Assembly (NCBI GenBank): GCA_964371335.1
Contig: CAYJMC010000003.1
Span: 41,962 to 105,961 of the forward strand
Source: an uncultured Anaerolineaceae bacterium
GTDB lineage: Bacteria; Chloroflexota; Anaerolineae; Anaerolineales; UBA11579
Length of the DNA: 64,000 bases
Reading direction: 5' to 3'
The notes under the pieces are model-generated. The model saw only the letters and a program-made list of their open reading frames with translations. It did not search any database and was not told the origin of the DNA. Position numbers and translations under genes: made by a program. Positions 60,459-64,000 of this stretch are shown piece after piece; the stretch's first letter is position 1; each line of letters starts with the position of its first letter.

Positions 60459-61859
60459 TCAGGGCAGGCTCCACGGAGCTGATAATACTATCTTTGTGCC
60501 TATGCCGGGCTTAGACTGAATATGCAGGCTTCCATCCAAAAGGCGAGCCCGGTCTTGCATGTTGCGCAAGCCGTAGCCGCGTTCATCCAGGTGTTTGTTA
60601 AAGCCGCGGCCATCATCTTCGATGACCAATTCGAGCTTGTTATCCGAATGGCTGGCATGAACGCGAACGTGCCGAGCACCGGCGTGACGGATGGCGTTCG
60701 ACAAAGCTTCGTTCAGAATTCCCAGCACGTGGGGAATGCGGGCGGTCTGGAAACTCAGGTCCTCGGGAAGATCGAGCGACCAGTCGATATCCACCAGTGA
60801 AGCCAACTGGCTATCCGCGGCCCGTTCAGCCAGCGCATGGCGCAGCGATTGGCGCTCCTCTGGTGGTCGCAAACCTCCGATGTAGCTGCGCAAATCGGCA
60901 ATGGCTTCGTTGATGGCCTTACCGGCCCTCGTTAGGGGTTGGGTCAGGTCGCTATCTTGGTTCAACCTGCGGGTGGCTGTTTCTACCAAGAGGCCGGCCG
61001 TATAGATGGTCTGGATAGCGCCATCGTGCAATTCGCGGCCAATGCGGTCGCGCTCATATATCAATTCGCGCTCCACCTTCATCTGTTGGATGGTCCGGTC
61101 CACTTCAATTTGAAACACCTCTAAAGCACGGATGACGGCAATCGCCAGGGTCAAACCAATGATCGAGCGAATCACCGGAGGGTTAATGCCCAGAACTGCG
61201 ACTACCGTATCGTTGTTCAACCATGAGGCGGGGAAAAAATCGGCCGGCGGCACAATCAACCCGCCCGTTACTGCGTAAGCCGCCAAAGTGAAGCTGGCAA
61301 TTCGAAACGGCGTTTCAATCCGCTTCAGATGCAGAGGTTTGATTTGTTTTTGGACTTGATAATGCAAACCGACCGCACTCAGCAACGCACCCGGGAAACC
61401 GATCAGATAGCGTGCCCACGCGGATGCGATATCCCTGTGCGCGAGCATGTCGCCTTGTAATTGGGCATGTGAAATGAGGAACCACGCCAGCCAAGCGAGG
61501 GAGATGAATGTAGGCAGCAACCTTGAGGCGGGCCATCGGTCGTGCAGCAATTCAGCACCGAATTGAAACAATACGGCAAAGGAAGCAGCCAATATGAGGC
61601 TTTGCACGAAATACAAGAGGTTGACGGTAGCTGCTGAAAGGTAGGTGGCTTGGATGGGAATGAAGAGGTCTCCCCACTCGTTGAGCCCATGCAGGAATCC
61701 AAAGGCAGCCAGCCAAACCAGGTGCCGGGCAAGTTCCAGGCGGCTGTGGGCACGGGAGCGCAAAGTGATGGCTAGCCCCAATACAAAAAACACCAGTCCG
61801 TATACAAACCAAACCAGGACTGAGTTAATTTCAAGGAATTCCCGCAGGAAATCCAACAT
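60459..61859 (-). CDS. sensor histidine kinase (HisKA_3 / NarX-DegS type) with 6-7 TM N-terminal sensor domain
   Basis: H-box RIGRELHDGAIQ and HATPase motifs (NALSNAIRHA, DDGRGF, GYGLRNM). Confidence 0.85.
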   Translation of the reverse strand: MLDFLREFLEINSVLVWFVYGLVFFVLGLAITLRSRAHSRLELARHLVWLAAFGFLHGLNEWGDLFIPIQATYLSAATVNLLYFVQSLILAASFAVLFQFGAELLHDRWPASRLLPTFISLAWLAWFLISHAQLQGDMLAHRDIASAWARYLIGFPGALLSAVGLHYQVQKQIKPLHLKRIETPFRIASFTLAAYAVTGGLIVPPADFFPASWLNNDTVVAVLGINPPVIRSIIGLTLAIAVIRALEVFQIEVDRTIQQMKVERELIYERDRIGRELHDGAIQTIYTAGLLVETATRRLNQDSDLTQPLTRAGKAINEAIADLRSYIGGLRPPEERQSLRHALAERAADSQLASLVDIDWSLDLPEDLSFQTARIPHVLGILNEALSNAIRHAGARHVRVHASHSDNKLELVIEDDGRGFNKHLDERGYGLRNMQDRARLLDGSLHIQSKPGIGTKIVLSAPWSLP

Positions 61860-61865
61860 GTTTCT

Positions 61866-61894
61866 ACTCTAAGTTCTTGCTTGAATTATGTCAA
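61866..61894 (-). promoter_or_regulatory. promoter of the kinase operon, leaderless geometry
   Basis: On the minus strand: TTGACA (61894-61889), a 17-nt spacer, TAGAGT (61871-61866), then 6 nt to ATG 61859. Confidence 0.5.
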
Positions 61895-61906
61895 TGATAC
61901 ACGTGA

Positions 61907-61938
61907 CAAAAAGCCCGCTTTGCCTAGCGGGCTTTTTG
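61907..61938 (-). terminator. rho-independent terminator after the DoxX-like gene
   Basis: Stem aaaaagcccgc, loop, stem gcgggcttttt, with U-runs on both strands. Confidence 0.7.
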
Positions 61939-61956
61939 ACAGTCAATCGTGTTTTG

Positions 61957-62535
61957 CTATTTTGCCGGAGCAGGGACCCTGGCTTTAGCGCCGGACCTGC
62001 TGAAGAGACGGCTGATGATCGGGAAAAGGAAATAATCGAAGCCGATGTAACCTGCGATCTTCCAGGCCGCCAGGATGCCCAGGGCGAGTACAAACAGCCA
62101 GGGGTTCGTGCTGGCGGAACCAGCCATCATGAAATTCCAGTTCATGAAGGCGCCAAAAAAGGCAGCCACGCCGGTAAGCGCGCCCACGATGAGGGCAATG
62201 CCAATCAGCATTTCACCATAAGCCACAAGTTTGGCAAACCAGGTGTAAGACTGGGTATCCAGCAGGAACTGGATGAAGGAGCGGTACCAATCGAAGGAGA
62301 TCGCCGGGCGTCCTTCCGCAGGGATAGCCACAGCACGGGTCCAGAAGCCCATGAGTGATTCACCGGTTTGGGTCCAACCTGGATCGGTGACCTTATGCAG
62401 GCCAGCCTCGATCCACTGGTATCCGAGCCAAACACGCAGGATAAGCCAGAACCAGGCGGCGCGAGGGTTGCTGAACAGCTTCGCCAGAATGGGAGGGTCT
62501 TGGATAGTGCGGCCTTGAATTGAAACAGTTGCCAT
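61957..62535 (-). CDS. DoxX-family membrane protein
   Basis: AGGAGG lies 5 nt before ATG 62535. Four TM helices. LRVWLGYQWIEAGLHK...GEMLIGIALIVG is the DoxX/DoxD pattern. Confidence 0.6.
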   Translation of the reverse strand: MATVSIQGRTIQDPPILAKLFSNPRAAWFWLILRVWLGYQWIEAGLHKVTDPGWTQTGESLMGFWTRAVAIPAEGRPAISFDWYRSFIQFLLDTQSYTWFAKLVAYGEMLIGIALIVGALTGVAAFFGAFMNWNFMMAGSASTNPWLFVLALGILAAWKIAGYIGFDYFLFPIISRLFSRSGAKARVPAPAK

Positions 62536-62788
62536 TTGTTCCTCCTTTAAGGACAAATAATGATGAAGATACGGCTATATGGTAGGTCATACACAAGGTT
62601 ATGAGATCGGGAGAAACCCCTATTTTGACTGGGGACAATGTCCCGACCCAAGGTTTGCCAATCCCTTCGGTACCCTCGCTTCACTCGGCACGGCGGCCAC
62701 GGCAAACTGGCTCGCAATACGGGTCAGGTGAAACCTAATGCTACAATAGCCGTGGATTTCAACCACCCGGGTGAACGCCCGGGTGGCG

Positions 62789-62854
62789 TACGGTTTTAAA
62801 CCACCGTGCGGTTTTAAACCACCGTACGGTTTTTAAGCCACTGCAGCCCGTTTT
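62789..62854. repeat. tandem 18-nt repeat, each unit a small hairpin
   Basis: cggttttaaaccaccgtg / cggttttaaaccaccgta / cggtttttaagccactg... It is preceded by the duplicated palindromes cacccgggtg and cgcccgggtg (62763-62787). Confidence 0.7.
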
Positions 62855-62866
62855 CCAGAGGATGCG

Positions 62867-63478
62867 ATGTTTTTCAAACGACGAAAGCAAGAAACTAATT
62901 CCAACCCGCCCTTCCTGATCGTTGGCCTGGGCAATCCCGGGCCCGAGTACAAGTTCAACAGGCATAACATCGGTTTTATGGTGGCTGATGAGTTGGCGCG
63001 AAAACTGGACGCCGAATTCAGCCGCGTTCAATCCAATGCACTGGTTGCCCAAGCTCGCCGCAGCCAACAGCGCATCATCTTAGCGAAACCGCGCACGTAT
63101 GTGAATCGGTCAGGTTTAGCGGTAGGCGCGCTGCTGCGCTTCTACAAAGCGCCCCAGGAAAAGCTACTAGTCATCTACGACGATGTGGATCTGCCCTTCG
63201 ATACGCTGCGTTTGCGCAGCGAAGGCGGGTCGGCGGGCCACAATGGCATGAGGTCGATCATCGAAAACTTGGGCAGCCAGGAGTTTGCGCGGCTGCGGGT
63301 GGGCGTCGGACGCCCGAAAGGCCGCATGCGGACGCCGGATCACGTGCTTCAGGATTTTTCAAAATCGGAACAAGAGGAGTTGATCTTCGTTTTGCAAAGG
63401 GCAACAGAAGCTGCACTGACTTTTATCGATGAGGGGATCGTTGCGGCAATGAATCATTACAACAAGGTGGGAGACTAG
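62867..63478 (+). CDS. pth: peptidyl-tRNA hydrolase
   Basis: LIVGLGNPGPEY, HNIGF, YVNRSG and GHNGMRS are conserved Pth motifs. Confidence 0.95.
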   Translation: MFFKRRKQETNSNPPFLIVGLGNPGPEYKFNRHNIGFMVADELARKLDAEFSRVQSNALVAQARRSQQRIILAKPRTYVNRSGLAVGALLRFYKAPQEKLLVIYDDVDLPFDTLRLRSEGGSAGHNGMRSIIENLGSQEFARLRVGVGRPKGRMRTPDHVLQDFSKSEQEELIFVLQRATEAALTFIDEGIVAAMNHYNKVGD

Positions 63479-63490
63479 AGCTTGGAGATT

Positions 63491-63532
63491 AGTAACTGGT
63501 AATTAATAACTGGTAATTAGTAACTGGTTATT
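63491..63532. repeat. tandem 14-nt AT-rich repeat x3
   Basis: agtaactggtaatt / aataactggtaatt / agtaactggttatt, in the pth-mfd spacer. Confidence 0.75.
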
Positions 63533-63547
63533 CGTTATTGAGGATTC

Positions 63548-64000
63548 GTGGAAGAAATTCTGAAGAAGATCAGGGAACAGGAGGCTTTCAGGCAGTTTGA
63601 AAGCGAACTGACTTCGGGCGAATCGCCGATTCAATTGGGAATGATGCGTGCTGCGCGGTTGCCGGTGGTGGCCGCGTTGGTTGAAGCCCAGCCGCGCCCC
63701 ATCTTGCTGCTCACCCAGCGCCGAGACCGTTCATTGGCGTATTTCGAAGAGTTGAAGCTCTGGGCGCCGGAGGCCGAACGTCTTTACTTCCCCGAGCCCA
63801 GCGCCCTGTTCTACGAGAACGCCCCCTGGTCCGAAACGGCGCGGCGAGAACGGCTCGGCGTGCTGGCGCGGCTGACCACGCCCGAAAAGGAAAAGCCAGC
63901 GATCATTGTGGCGTCGGGGCGAGCGTTGATGGCGCGCACAATGCCAAAGAAGGATTTCGCCAACGCGAGCCTGCGGATTGACCGCAGGTCGCGCCACGAA
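63548..64000 (+). CDS. mfd: transcription-repair coupling factor Mfd, N-terminal part (continues past window end)
   Basis: Hand translation from GTG 63548, with GAGGA upstream: VEEILKKIREQEAFRQFESEL...PILLLTQRRDRSLAYFEELKLWAPEAERLYFPEP... This is the UvrB-homology module. The frame is open to position 64000, and pth-mfd synteny is classical. Confidence 0.75.
   Translation, partial: MEEILKKIREQEAFRQFESELTSGESPIQLGMMRAARLPVVAALVEAQPRPILLLTQRRDRSLAYFEELKLWAPEAERLYFPEPSALFYENAPWSETARRERLGVLARLTTPEKEKPAIIVASGRALMARTMPKKDFANASLRIDRRSRHE

Overview
This is a 64-kb GC-rich chromosomal segment with a few visibly AT-richer genes. I call about 60 CDS, mostly housekeeping. Recognised genes are mutS, alaS, ruvX, mltG, recA, eno, pyrG, pth, the 5' part of mfd, ahcY, an archaeal-type apgM, and methionine/cysteine recycling genes. 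There are also two two-component systems, an ECF sigma factor, a MazEF-like toxin-antitoxin pair, ABC and MFS transporters, and many lipoproteins of unknown function. The gene style suggests a Chloroflexota/Anaerolineae-like bacterium, but that is a guess. I recognised no rRNA, tRNA, CRISPR, transposase, integrase or phage genes. Five things stand out. (1) A superfamily of MITE/REP-like palindromic repeats sharing TCCTCGC / GCTTCG words fills most intergenic spacers. Copies are also embedded in frame inside mutS and in the recA N-terminus, and one apparently donates the start codon of an M23 peptidase gene. (2) A single-strand cluster at 47.4-52.9 kb encodes a monohaem cytochrome c, an NrfC-like FeS protein, an NrfD-like quinol-interacting membrane subunit, two divergent CuA-type cupredoxins, a Cys-rich protein and a TlpA-like thioredoxin. 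It contains no catalytic oxidase or reductase subunit and looks like a minimal ACIII-like quinol:cupredoxin module. (3) A ParB/Srx-fold protein is translationally coupled to a cystathionine-beta-synthase-type enzyme. (4) An ECF sigma factor is translationally coupled to an Ogt/MGMT protein that sits where an anti-sigma factor normally would. (5) Several genes have a -10 box 6-9 nt from the start codon and look leaderless. CDS coordinates follow the supplied ORF track, with starts refined by hand. Coordinates of non-CDS features were counted by hand and may be off by 1-3 nt.
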